The translations under genes were made by a program, and so were the position numbers. From an uncultured archaeon (GTDB lineage: Archaea; Asgardarchaeota; Lokiarchaeia; Sigyniarchaeales; SOKP01), in contig CAYUTF010000003.1 in assembly GCA_964447495.1 (NCBI GenBank), positions 1 through 64,000 of the forward strand: a DNA stretch of 64,000 nucleotides, in the 5' to 3' direction. The notes beneath the pieces are model-generated. The model made no database searches, had not been told where the DNA came from, and saw only the letters and a program-made list of their open reading frames with translations. The first letter of the stretch is position 1, and each line of letters starts with the position of its first letter. Positions 19,566 to 28,921 of the stretch are shown piece by piece.

Positions 19566-21431
19566 TTATATAGATTGATCTTTAACTGGCTTCGAACCTA
19601 ACAATTCGAGAATTCTATCAAAATCACTAAATTTAAAAGATTTAAAGATAATGCCGTTTGCACCGGTCTCTTCCATATGTCTCTCCACTTCAGAGCCAGG
19701 AAGAGTAGTAAAAAAAAATACCGGGATATCTTTCCACTTTGGATTTGATCTTATCCGTTTGCAGAGTTCATATCCACTATAATCGGGTATTATAATGTCT
19801 AGCAATATTACTTTAGGGATGTTATTGTTTAGTTCCTCAAATCCTTTTTTCCCGCCGATAACTCCTTTGCAGGAATAACCCTTACTTTCAAAATACGCCA
19901 TTGGCAATCTAATTGTATCTGGATAGCCATATCCTTCAACAAAAAGGATATCATAATAAGTACGTTCTGTTTTTTGTTTAATCTCTTCTTTGAAAAAAAT
20001 CGGAATGGAATCGGGAATAAGGAAATCATTTCTTATTCTCTTTTCAAATTGATGGAGGTGAGGTGGATAAACACCTATTTGCAATATTTTTTTAAAAACT
20101 AACCATCTAATATATGTTTCTATTGTAGATTTTATCTCTTCATTTTCTTTATCATTCAAGTGTTTTTTTAATTCCTGTTTTAATAGGTCTTCAAATCCCC
20201 TTTTTTTTTGTTCTAATTTTTTTCCATACTCTACTTTTTCTTCTTCTTCTTTTCTTCTTTCTTCAATCTTTTTGGATTCTTTCAGTCGTTTTAAACTTCT
20301 TATTTTTGAACGGAAAAATTCTTTTTTACATTCTCTCCTAGTCTTAATGGCATATTTATACAATCTCTCTAAAAACTCAATAATCTCCTTATAGTGAGTT
20401 TTTTTCTCATTGGCAAAGATGTTTAATGGCTTCGTACCCACTTTCAATGCCCTCCTTTTAAGAGTTTCAATTATGGACTTTGCCATCGAAGGACTAATCT
20501 TCGGGCTTTCCTCAACTCTCATCATTTTGTATAAATCGGGATTCAGTGTTGCTATATGATGAAGTATTTCAATTCCCGTTGCTTCTTCTTTTAATTTTCT
20601 GAGAAGCACGCCATAAAAGTTTATTAACACTCCAAATTTTTCGGGAGAGTCCAGAAAGTCTTCTTTTAGGGTTCTTAATACAGGCATTACAATTTCTAAT
20701 TTCTTATCCTTTTTTTTTTCAAATTCTTGACTTACCCTTTGTTCATCCGATTTAAGATTGCCCTTGCTTTTTGAAACTAGATCTTCGCTTTTTATTTTCT
20801 CTTTTTTAACTTTAGGCTTTTTTAAGGTTTTAATAAACTTTTTCTTTATCTTAAAAGATTGTTTTTTAATCTCTTTACCTTCTTTTTCCGAACAACTAGT
20901 AAATTTACTTTCGGTTCGTTTTAATATTAGCTGTGTCATTACTTCAAATGTTTTATTAACATTTTGCCCTGTTTTGGCAGATATCTCTGAAAATGATGCT
21001 AATTCGTTCTTTTCAGCAACTTGAAGTCCATATTCTCTTGTAATTTGACGTTGTGTTTCTGCAAGATCGAGATTTGTTCCGACAAGCATAATTGGAATAT
21101 TTCCTGATTTTTGACGTACTATATTAGTCCAATCACCAATATGACCCAGAGTTTGGGGGTTTGTAATATCATAAAGTATGAACACTCCATTTGCTCCTAA
21201 ACAATAGGTTGGTAATAAAAATCTGAATCGTTCTTCTCCTCCCACATCCCAAATCTTAAGCTTGATCTTTTTTCCCCGAACTTCAACCGTTTTTACATGA
21301 AAATCAACCCCAATTGTCAGTCTCTCTGATGGATTGAAAATATCATAGCAATACCGCTTAGTAAACGCAACTTTTTCTACGCTCTCATCTCCCAATAACA
21401 ATATCTTGAATTCATAGTAGTATGAAGACAT
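19566..21431 (-). CDS. Rab-like small GTPase - charged helical linker - response-regulator receiver (REC) fusion
   Basis: N-term FKILLLGDESVEK, TIGVDF, WDVGGEERF, EISAKTG; C-term DILFVE...PKVILLDIIIPDYSGYELCKRIR...IPVFFFT...GANGIIFK. Confidence 0.88.
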   Translation of the reverse strand: MSSYYYEFKILLLGDESVEKVAFTKRYCYDIFNPSERLTIGVDFHVKTVEVRGKKIKLKIWDVGGEERFRFLLPTYCLGANGVFILYDITNPQTLGHIGDWTNIVRQKSGNIPIMLVGTNLDLAETQRQITREYGLQVAEKNELASFSEISAKTGQNVNKTFEVMTQLILKRTESKFTSCSEKEGKEIKKQSFKIKKKFIKTLKKPKVKKEKIKSEDLVSKSKGNLKSDEQRVSQEFEKKKDKKLEIVMPVLRTLKEDFLDSPEKFGVLINFYGVLLRKLKEEATGIEILHHIATLNPDLYKMMRVEESPKISPSMAKSIIETLKRRALKVGTKPLNIFANEKKTHYKEIIEFLERLYKYAIKTRRECKKEFFRSKIRSLKRLKESKKIEERRKEEEEKVEYGKKLEQKKRGFEDLLKQELKKHLNDKENEEIKSTIETYIRWLVFKKILQIGVYPPHLHQFEKRIRNDFLIPDSIPIFFKEEIKQKTERTYYDILFVEGYGYPDTIRLPMAYFESKGYSCKGVIGGKKGFEELNNNIPKVILLDIIIPDYSGYELCKRIRSNPKWKDIPVFFFTTLPGSEVERHMEETGANGIIFKSFKFSDFDRILELLGSKPVKDQSI

Positions 21432-21663
21432 TTTAGTTTCAAATTCAGGTTAATTTTTTTTGCGTAGTATTGAAATTTAATTAATTTGAGAACCTCCCTT
21501 TACCAAATAGTGGTAATAAATTAACCTATTTAAATTCGACATTTTTGTCCCTTTCTCTAAAGAATAAGGAATATCCGCCTATACAAATATGTATATAAGA
21601 AGGTATTAGTATTATATAAATTAAGAAAACCTAACTTTTGAGTACTTTATCCAGAACTAAATC

Positions 21664-21940
21664 ATGCCTTATGATTATGATATTCTTTTAGTTGAAACTA
21701 TACACAGGATATTGGGCAACCTCAATGGACGATATTTACATCGGTTATCAAATTCTCGGTCTACTAATCATCCAGTCAAAATCTCTCATGCCGCAGGAAG
21801 TTTATGATGCCATAATGTTCTCTACGAGTTGGAAATACGATAAAACAAGAATCTGGGCAAAAGATTATATCCCATACCGAAAAAGGAATCTTCAGTTATT
21901 TAGAGATTTAATCCTTCAATGTAATAAAAATAAAGAATGA
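21664..21940 (+). pseudogene. Probable chimeric gene remnant (REC-like N-terminus plus unrelated C-terminal fragment)
   Basis: ATG at 21664 reads MPYDYDILLVE (REC beta-1-like); the protein-like reading then continues in another frame (21692-21940). Confidence 0.35.
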
Positions 21941-21969
21941 GATTATTAACACATAATTTCTAATCTTTA

Positions 21970-23232
21970 TTACTTATGTACTTTCTGTTCCAATATTTCC
22001 ATAAAGGTTTCTACTTGATTATTCATCTGCTCTTCATTAAATTTACGTGGATCATTCATATCTGCAGATACAATCAAGCAGGGAATATTATAATCTTCCA
22101 TCAAATGTCTCTTTAGATCATATAATCCACAAGAATTTGGACGACACGACAGATTTTCATGCATTATAACGGCATCAATTTTCCATTCTTTAACCGTCTC
22201 GGCAAATTTCTTTATACGGGTTTTTAAATCATATATATACCAGAAGCTTAGCATTAATTCTGCCATTGCCTCAATTGGCTTGTTTAAGACCATTTCCTTC
22301 GTAACTTTTGGATTCATATACTTGCTAAATGCATAGGTATAGGGTTCGTACACTATAATGGCGCCATACTTTTCTAAATTGCTAAACCACTTAAGCGAAT
22401 GCCAGTAAGGAATGCCTTCAAACATCAATCTATACTTCTCATGTTTCAGGGCACCTACGCCTTTCTCTACCCGTTCTTTCGCTTCTTTATACATTCTTTT
22501 GTATAGTCTAATGGGTTCCTTTAAGCCAGGCATAGTAAATAAGGGAAACAGACCTCCGAACGTATCGCGCGTTGAAATTGGACAGGGCACATTTTTCCTC
22601 AATTCATATATCTGTTGCCATACCATACTTAAATCCCAGGAATTTTTAGAGACTTCTCGTGCCTTTTCTTCATCATATTCGTTTCCGGTAACTTCCTGGA
22701 TGAAATCTAATAGTTCATAGAGTTGTTCTGAGACATATTTTTTGAAATAATTATATTGCCGATTGTTGGTGTTGCTAACGACATGAGGAACATCGATGCT
22801 ATAATGAGGGACATTAAGGCGTTCGGCTTGAACTTGAAACCAATTGACATGAGTATCACAAATGACATCGGTTGAAAGCATGAAACTTGGCTTTCGCGTT
22901 CCACCTTGAATCATATTTGCGTTACTTAACACTGCTCCCACATTAGTTTTAAAATATGAACACAAATCATAAGAATAGCCCTCGTCTTCTGCCTTTTCTA
23001 TAAAATTTTTCGAGAATTTCTGAGCAGCGGACACAGTGGCAGAATTTTCAGGTAACATCGGTTGTACGTCCATAGCATATAAGACTTCTACAGGGCTCCC
23101 TGAAGTAGCCCATGCAGTCGGTTTTCCATCTCGAAATGCCTGTTCAATCGCGAGAAAATGACGGCCCATAATATTTTTTAAGCCTTGGGTCGCGTTAAGC
23201 ATCTTATTACTAGTTTGTTGTTGTTTAGACAT
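21970..23232 (-). CDS. 2-hydroxyacyl-CoA dehydratase / benzoyl-CoA reductase-like Fe-S subunit (HgdA/BzdO-like)
   Basis: PENS, GYSYDLCSY, ICD, IDVP, SCRP, DMNDPR...QVETFME. Confidence 0.87.
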   Translation of the reverse strand: MSKQQQTSNKMLNATQGLKNIMGRHFLAIEQAFRDGKPTAWATSGSPVEVLYAMDVQPMLPENSATVSAAQKFSKNFIEKAEDEGYSYDLCSYFKTNVGAVLSNANMIQGGTRKPSFMLSTDVICDTHVNWFQVQAERLNVPHYSIDVPHVVSNTNNRQYNYFKKYVSEQLYELLDFIQEVTGNEYDEEKAREVSKNSWDLSMVWQQIYELRKNVPCPISTRDTFGGLFPLFTMPGLKEPIRLYKRMYKEAKERVEKGVGALKHEKYRLMFEGIPYWHSLKWFSNLEKYGAIIVYEPYTYAFSKYMNPKVTKEMVLNKPIEAMAELMLSFWYIYDLKTRIKKFAETVKEWKIDAVIMHENLSCRPNSCGLYDLKRHLMEDYNIPCLIVSADMNDPRKFNEEQMNNQVETFMEILEQKVHK

Positions 23233-23242
23233 AATAACACCT

Positions 23243-24295
23243 CTAAATCATTTCAGCAAACGCTGAAAATCTAGTTGATAATTGTTTATATGCTTCTCTG
23301 TTATAAGTTACTTCTACAAACAGATAAGGAATTCCAAGTTCTTTAAATTTTTTACTTAAATATGGATGATCATATAATACTGGTTCACAAAATTTTTGTG
23401 CTATATTGATAACCCCGTCAGCCTTATAAGTTTGAGCTAACATTTTTAAATGATTAAATCGTTCATAGGAAGGAAATTTAGTAGCATAGATTGGTTTTTC
23501 GAGATGATATTTAGCAAGTGCCTTGATTGGTTCCTCTCCTTCGTCTACAGTATGCCAGAAATATTTTGTCCCGACACATAAATCATCAATTACTATTGTA
23601 AATCCTAAATCTTCGAGATATTTAAGAAATTCAGTATCATCAATATCGGACCCTGTAAGTAATATCTTTTTCTTCTTATCAATTTTTTGAAGAGGGTCTT
23701 TCGATGTTATTTTGTCTAACGTCGATTTCAGCAATTTAAGTGACTCATCCTTATTTGATTGCTGGACATTTTTAACTAGCGCATGAAATTCTGAACCTGT
23801 TATGATCATTTTGGAACGAAATTCAGAGATTTTTTTCAACATTGCTCTTATTTGATTCATTTTTTTTATTTCTTCCTTAAGGCCATTTTCTGAGATTTTT
23901 ACTTTAAAAGTTTCTTCTAATTGTGCAATTAGTTCCTTTAAATCATCCATAAAAAATCTTAATGATACTTTATCTCGTTTTCTTGGTGAATTTAAAAAAA
24001 ACATAAAACCAAGCTTCACACATTCCAACCAAATATCAAATTCTCTATTTGTACGGTCGCAACCATGTGTTGCAATTAATCCTACAATGTCCTTATCTAA
24101 CCCTCTTATTGCTTGTTCTAAAAGGTTTCTAGTCCATAAACAATGCGTTGGAGGGATATGTTCATTAGCTCTGTCTACTTGGAGATTTGGATCACCAAAC
24201 AGTCTATATGGTGTGAAACCCGCAGCAAGTATAATTTCTTCGGGAGTTTCAACTCCACTATCAAATATAGCAATTTTTTTCATAATCGTTTTCAT
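23243..24295 (-). CDS. 2-hydroxyacyl-CoA dehydratase / benzoyl-CoA reductase-like Fe-S subunit (HgdB/BzdN-like)
   Basis: PEEIILAAG, HCLW, HGCD, DDLCVGT, KFCEP, TRFSAFAEMI. Confidence 0.87.
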   Translation of the reverse strand: MKTIMKKIAIFDSGVETPEEIILAAGFTPYRLFGDPNLQVDRANEHIPPTHCLWTRNLLEQAIRGLDKDIVGLIATHGCDRTNREFDIWLECVKLGFMFFLNSPRKRDKVSLRFFMDDLKELIAQLEETFKVKISENGLKEEIKKMNQIRAMLKKISEFRSKMIITGSEFHALVKNVQQSNKDESLKLLKSTLDKITSKDPLQKIDKKKKILLTGSDIDDTEFLKYLEDLGFTIVIDDLCVGTKYFWHTVDEGEEPIKALAKYHLEKPIYATKFPSYERFNHLKMLAQTYKADGVINIAQKFCEPVLYDHPYLSKKFKELGIPYLFVEVTYNREAYKQLSTRFSAFAEMI

Positions 24296-24413
24296 AAATA
24301 ATATTCATATTTCCTATAGATAATCTTGATAATTTTAAAAAAATATTTATATTTTTCATTCATTTAATAGAGTATTCTATAAGTGGATTTTGATATTTGG
24401 AATTGATTTTATT

Positions 24414-24719
24414 ATGAGCCAACAAACAATTTCTCGCACACTGTCTAAAGCTATTTTAAAGCCCGAAGTTCGCATAAAATTGAAGATATGGAATACTTAT
24501 TTAACGGGTAAATTAAAACGATTTGATAATTATATGAATTTAATTGTGGAAGATGCAAAAGAAATCTATTTTGGGCGGGGAGGAAAGAGGAGTAAAGATT
24601 TAGGTACAGTAATGATTAGAGGAGCCTCCATCATATTTATTGGTCAAGAGCGTGAGAAGTTACTTTTTACAGATAATGAAGAAAAGCTTATGTATCAGGA
24701 AGAATTTGAAGAAAAATAA
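24414..24719 (+). CDS. Sm-like (Lsm/SmAP) RNA-binding protein with acidic tail
   Basis: GKLKRFDNYMNLIVEDA (Sm1), LGTVMIRGASI (Sm2); directly upstream of rpl37e, the conserved archaeal arrangement. Confidence 0.9.
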   Translation: MSQQTISRTLSKAILKPEVRIKLKIWNTYLTGKLKRFDNYMNLIVEDAKEIYFGRGGKRSKDLGTVMIRGASIIFIGQEREKLLFTDNEEKLMYQEEFEEK

Positions 24720-24740
24720 AATAAACGTGGGGAGTGAATA

Positions 24741-24941
24741 ATGGGAAAAGGAACACCTAGTAAGGGAAAGAAAAATAAAGCGGCTAGCCATAAAACCTGT
24801 CGAAGATGTGGAAAACACTCTTATCATCGTCGCAAACATTTTTGTGCGAGTTGTGGTTTTGGTAGGACAGCAAAATTACGGAAACCAAGTTGGAGAACCC
24901 GTTATAAAGCGTTTAACGGTAATAAAGGTTTTTATAGATAA
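24741..24941 (+). CDS. rpl37e: 50S ribosomal protein L37e
   Basis: MGKGTPS.GK.N...H..CRRCG..SYH.....CASCGFG. Confidence 0.97.
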   Translation: MGKGTPSKGKKNKAASHKTCRRCGKHSYHRRKHFCASCGFGRTAKLRKPSWRTRYKAFNGNKGFYR

Positions 24942-25055
24942 TCCAAATTGAAAACAAATATAAATTTCTTTTTTACCCCTACAGAGTTTATATTTTCGTA
25001 GATTATTTTTGTATCTTGAATATCTTTTTATTCTCAGTTTTCTTTTTTCTTAATA

Positions 25056-25427
25056 ATGGATTCATTGCAAGTCGAAAGTATTAACAAAGAACTAAATAAG
25101 TTTGAATTATTAGCGGGAATTCTGGGTTTGGCAATTGTTGATCGTAATGGTCTTACAATCCTTTCTCGGTTACCGCGATCAATTGAAGAACGTAAGTTTG
25201 GAGCTATGGCTACTACATTAATAGGGGCAATGGAAACCGCTACTGCTCCTTTTAAAGAAGATTTAATTAATCTAACTATTGAATTTGAAAATTCTCAACT
25301 AATAATAATGAGTTCAGATACTAATATTATCTTGGTTGTTTTTACTGAACTTGGGATTGATTTAGGATTTATGTTAATTGAAATAGAAGAGATTTTAACA
25401 AATATTAAAAATATTTTACGAGGTTAA
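25056..25427 (+). CDS. Roadblock/LC7 domain protein
   Basis: GILGLAIVDRNGLTI, FGAMATTL, LTIEFENSQLII, LGFMLIEI. Confidence 0.85.
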   Translation: MDSLQVESINKELNKFELLAGILGLAIVDRNGLTILSRLPRSIEERKFGAMATTLIGAMETATAPFKEDLINLTIEFENSQLIIMSSDTNIILVVFTELGIDLGFMLIEIEEILTNIKNILRG

Positions 25428-25433
25428 ATTGCT

Positions 25434-26186
25434 ATGCTAACAGAAGAAGAAAAGGAAAGATATAGTAGACAGATTATCTCTCCTTCAATAGGAGAAAAGG
25501 GTCAAGAAAAATTAGGTAAAATTAGTGTATTACAAATTGGTGCTGGCGGTCTTGGTTCTCCGTTTGCATTATATATAGTCTCTGCGGGGATAAAAGAATT
25601 GACGATTATAGATAATGATGTCGTTTCACTTTCTAATTTACAGCGTCAAATTCTTTACGGAGAAAAACAAATAGGTATGGATAAGGTTAATGCTGCTAAG
25701 AGTGTTTTAAAAGAACATAATTCAAAAGCACAAATCAAAGTATATAAAGATTATATTGACGATAAATCAATGAAGAAATACATTGATGAGAAGAATTATG
25801 ATTTTATTGTTGACTGTAGCGATAATTTCAAAACCAAATTTTTAGTAAATCGAACAGCTATAAACTATAATATTAAATGTGTTATAGCTGGGATTAAGGA
25901 TTTTTATGGTCAAATAATGAGTATTGATCCAAAGAATTCAGCATGTTATCAATGTGTATTTAATGAACCTTCAGAACTTCAAGGAGTTTTAGATCCACTC
26001 CCCGTTATTGGGGTTACACCTGGGATTTTGGGTACTTTAGAAGCATTAGAGGTGATAAAAACTACTTTAGGATTGCCAAATTTAGAAAATAAGTTATTAA
26101 TGGTTAATTTACTAAATCTCAAGTTTGATGCTATCGATCTCGTGAAAAATGAGAAATGTATTTGTTCTCAAAAGAGAAAAAAATAA
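25434..26186 (+). CDS. ThiF/MoeB/UbaA-family E1-like adenylyltransferase
   Basis: RYSRQ, GAGGLG, DNDVVSLSNLQRQ, DCSDN, CYQC. Confidence 0.9.
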   Translation: MLTEEEKERYSRQIISPSIGEKGQEKLGKISVLQIGAGGLGSPFALYIVSAGIKELTIIDNDVVSLSNLQRQILYGEKQIGMDKVNAAKSVLKEHNSKAQIKVYKDYIDDKSMKKYIDEKNYDFIVDCSDNFKTKFLVNRTAINYNIKCVIAGIKDFYGQIMSIDPKNSACYQCVFNEPSELQGVLDPLPVIGVTPGILGTLEALEVIKTTLGLPNLENKLLMVNLLNLKFDAIDLVKNEKCICSQKRKK

Positions 26187-26215
26187 AATAGAAAAAAATT
26201 AAAATTTTAAGTCTT

Positions 26216-26737
26216 TTAAATCCATTTGTTTGCTAATAAAAGCGATATACATCCATAGAAAAAGCCGTTTATTATTCCAGCGATGAAAATGGCAAGAATT
26301 GCTCCTAATTCTCCGTAAATAACAGTAAGTGCAAACCAATTTAATGCAAGATATGGAGAAGACAATTGTCCTAAGCCTATAAGAATAGCATAAACGCCAC
26401 ATGATAATAAAGCAACGGTGAACCATGCACCAAATCCAGTTTGACTATTTTCTCCCAATCTAGCTCCCACAATAATAGCAACAAGCGGAGGAATAATAAG
26501 ACCCAAAAATGTCAAGAGTACGGTCACTATATCAACAGCAGTAATTAAACCGACAATTCCTGAACCAATCCACGCATCACCAGGTACAACGGAAATTGGG
26601 AAAAAAATCGCCGCTATAATGTATAAAATATCGGTTTTGGGAAATAGTGGATTAGCAAACATAGCAATTAGGACAAATACAGTATTTAATCCTAGATACA
26701 CTACAAGGGTAATGAGAAAGGTTTTTAGAAAATTCAT
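26216..26737 (-). CDS. Hypothetical multi-pass membrane protein
   Basis: 173 aa, about 5 hydrophobic helices. Confidence 0.7.
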   Translation of the reverse strand: MNFLKTFLITLVVYLGLNTVFVLIAMFANPLFPKTDILYIIAAIFFPISVVPGDAWIGSGIVGLITAVDIVTVLLTFLGLIIPPLVAIIVGARLGENSQTGFGAWFTVALLSCGVYAILIGLGQLSSPYLALNWFALTVIYGELGAILAIFIAGIINGFFYGCISLLLANKWI

Positions 26738-26972
26738 TTAAATCAAATCCATTTTTTATAAAATTAAGATTTCTATATTGTATACTAAGTTCTTTTTTAT
26801 ATATAAATATTTTAGAGCTAAGGTTTTTTTTAAATAGAAAATCTAGATCTTTAAAAATAGATTGTACTTGAATTTTATTAAAATTAATTATTTTCGAGAT
26901 TGAATTATTAATAAAAATTTTGGTGCAATATAACGGGAATAACTATTGAAGCAAGAAGAGTAAAAGAGCATA

Positions 26973-27518
26973 TTATAATTTAAATCGAGGGTCCTTTTCA
27001 AAAGCCTGTTTAAATGTAGCTCCATTTATGACGTATTCTCCAGAAGTTTTTTCGCCAATGAGTTTGCCTTCTGGCTCTAATTGTTTTTTCATTTTTGCAG
27101 GGATTCCCACCGCTAGAGTTCGGGGAGGAATCTCCTTATTCACTAAAACTGCTCCAGCTCCAATCATCGTTCCTTCGCCTAATTTTGTATTATGCAAGAC
27201 ATTAGCCCCAATTCCAACCAAACACCCGTTACCTATTTCAGATGGGCCATGAATCATGGCATGATGTCCGATAATGCAGTTATCACCAATAACAACGGAT
27301 TTACCCTTCTCGATATGAATTGTAACATTCTCTTGAATACTTGTATTTTTACCAATTAAAATTTTTCCCCAATCACCCCTCAGTATTGCTCCAAACCATA
27401 CATTAGATCCTTCTCCTATAGTTACATCCCCAATAATAACTGCTGTTGGAGCAATAAATACTGATTCATGAATTTGGGGCTTTATTCCTGTTACAGGACT
27501 CGGAATTATTATTGTCAT
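26973..27518 (-). CDS. Gamma-carbonic anhydrase family (hexapeptide repeat) protein
   Basis: [33 protein letters not shown]. Confidence 0.92.
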   Translation of the reverse strand: MTIIIPSPVTGIKPQIHESVFIAPTAVIIGDVTIGEGSNVWFGAILRGDWGKILIGKNTSIQENVTIHIEKGKSVVIGDNCIIGHHAMIHGPSEIGNGCLVGIGANVLHNTKLGEGTMIGAGAVLVNKEIPPRTLAVGIPAKMKKQLEPEGKLIGEKTSGEYVINGATFKQAFEKDPRFKL

Positions 27519-27672
27519 TAATTATCACTTTCAAATTTACGATTTTAAAATATGTAATTAATAGAGATTTAATAGAATTTTGATCTGAGATGTTATTTAG
27601 ACTGGCTACCAAATTTTAAAAAATACTTGTAAATTATATTAGCTTATTGAATATGAAATATCTAAAACTAAT

Positions 27673-28902
27673 TTGAAAAGAGTCATGAATGATTTTAATC
27701 TTGATAAACAATCCTTGCAAAAATATTCTAATCTAACACGCTCTCTCAACGAAAAATATATAAATATCCATCCAATTCAACGTGGGGGGCTATTAACTCC
27801 ACAAGCATTAAAAGCTTTAGTTCATTATGGCGATGGTTATAGTATTTGCGATCATTGTTTAAAAGGACGAATTGATGAGATAGAAAACCCCCCAGTTATT
27901 GATTTCTTGAAAGATATGGCAAGGTTTTTAGATATAGATAATGTTATGCCCACAGCAGCAGCAAGAGAAGCACAAAGAGTGGTCATGGAATGCCTTGCAA
28001 AAAAATATACTAAGAGAAAAACTGTGATTATAGATAGTCTTGCTCATTACACCACCTATTTAGCAATAGAGACGAATGAATTAAAGGTTAGAGAAGTACC
28101 TAATTCTGGACCCCCCGAATTTAACATAATGATCAATGATTATGAAAAGACCATAAATTCTATTATAAAAGAAGAAGGTAATCCCCCACTATTAGCAGTC
28201 TTAACTCATGTAGATTATAAATATGGTAATTACAATGATCCCCAATTAGTAGGAGAAATATGTAAACAATATAATGTACCCTTTCTCCTAAATGCAGCGT
28301 ATTCTGCGGGAATATTGCCGATACGTTGTTCAAAAGATCTTGTTGATTTCATTTCGTGTAGTGGTCATAAATCAATGAGTTCTTCGGGTCCAATAGGAAT
28401 ATTAGGGTTCTCTAATGAATTTCATGATAATATAATGAAAAATTCAAAAATCCAAGGAAACATTAGTTCAAAATCATTCCCTAACAAAATTTGTACTTTT
28501 ATGGGGTGCCCTCCGGTATATGGCGCACCTCTTATTACTTTAATGGCTAGTTTTCCTACTATTGTTGAAAGAACTCAGAAAAAGAACGTTGCTGAAGAGA
28601 CAAAAAAAATAAATTATGTAATTGATAAAATAAAACAGATTCAAGGAATTGTTGTATTAGGAAAATTACCTAAAGTTCATCCTTTAACCAATATCAAGAC
28701 AGATTGTTTTGCTGAAATAGCTAAATCTCATCCGAGGAGAGGCTTCTTTTTAAGAGATGAGTTTAAAGAAAGAATGATTATAGGGTTAGCGCCGGGAATT
28801 TCCAAGGAAATGAAAATCAATACCTACGGTCTTACTTGGTCACAAATAGAGTATTTTACCAATGCCTTTTTAGAAATTGCCAAAAAGTATCATTTGATAT
28901 AG
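27673..28902 (+). CDS. pscS: O-phosphoseryl-tRNA:Cys-tRNA synthase (SepCysS)
   Basis: INIHPIQRGG, GDGYSICDHC, AHYTT, LLNAAY, SGHKS (PLP Lys), GC, RRGFFL. Confidence 0.93.
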   Translation: MKRVMNDFNLDKQSLQKYSNLTRSLNEKYINIHPIQRGGLLTPQALKALVHYGDGYSICDHCLKGRIDEIENPPVIDFLKDMARFLDIDNVMPTAAAREAQRVVMECLAKKYTKRKTVIIDSLAHYTTYLAIETNELKVREVPNSGPPEFNIMINDYEKTINSIIKEEGNPPLLAVLTHVDYKYGNYNDPQLVGEICKQYNVPFLLNAAYSAGILPIRCSKDLVDFISCSGHKSMSSSGPIGILGFSNEFHDNIMKNSKIQGNISSKSFPNKICTFMGCPPVYGAPLITLMASFPTIVERTQKKNVAEETKKINYVIDKIKQIQGIVVLGKLPKVHPLTNIKTDCFAEIAKSHPRRGFFLRDEFKERMIIGLAPGISKEMKINTYGLTWSQIEYFTNAFLEIAKKYHLI

Positions 28903-28921
28903 TTTTCAAGAAAATAACAAT

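Noticed and set aside
16700-21950. Mobile element or provirus explanation for the GTPase locus
   Set aside because: No integrase, transposase, terminal repeats or att/tRNA site found by eye.
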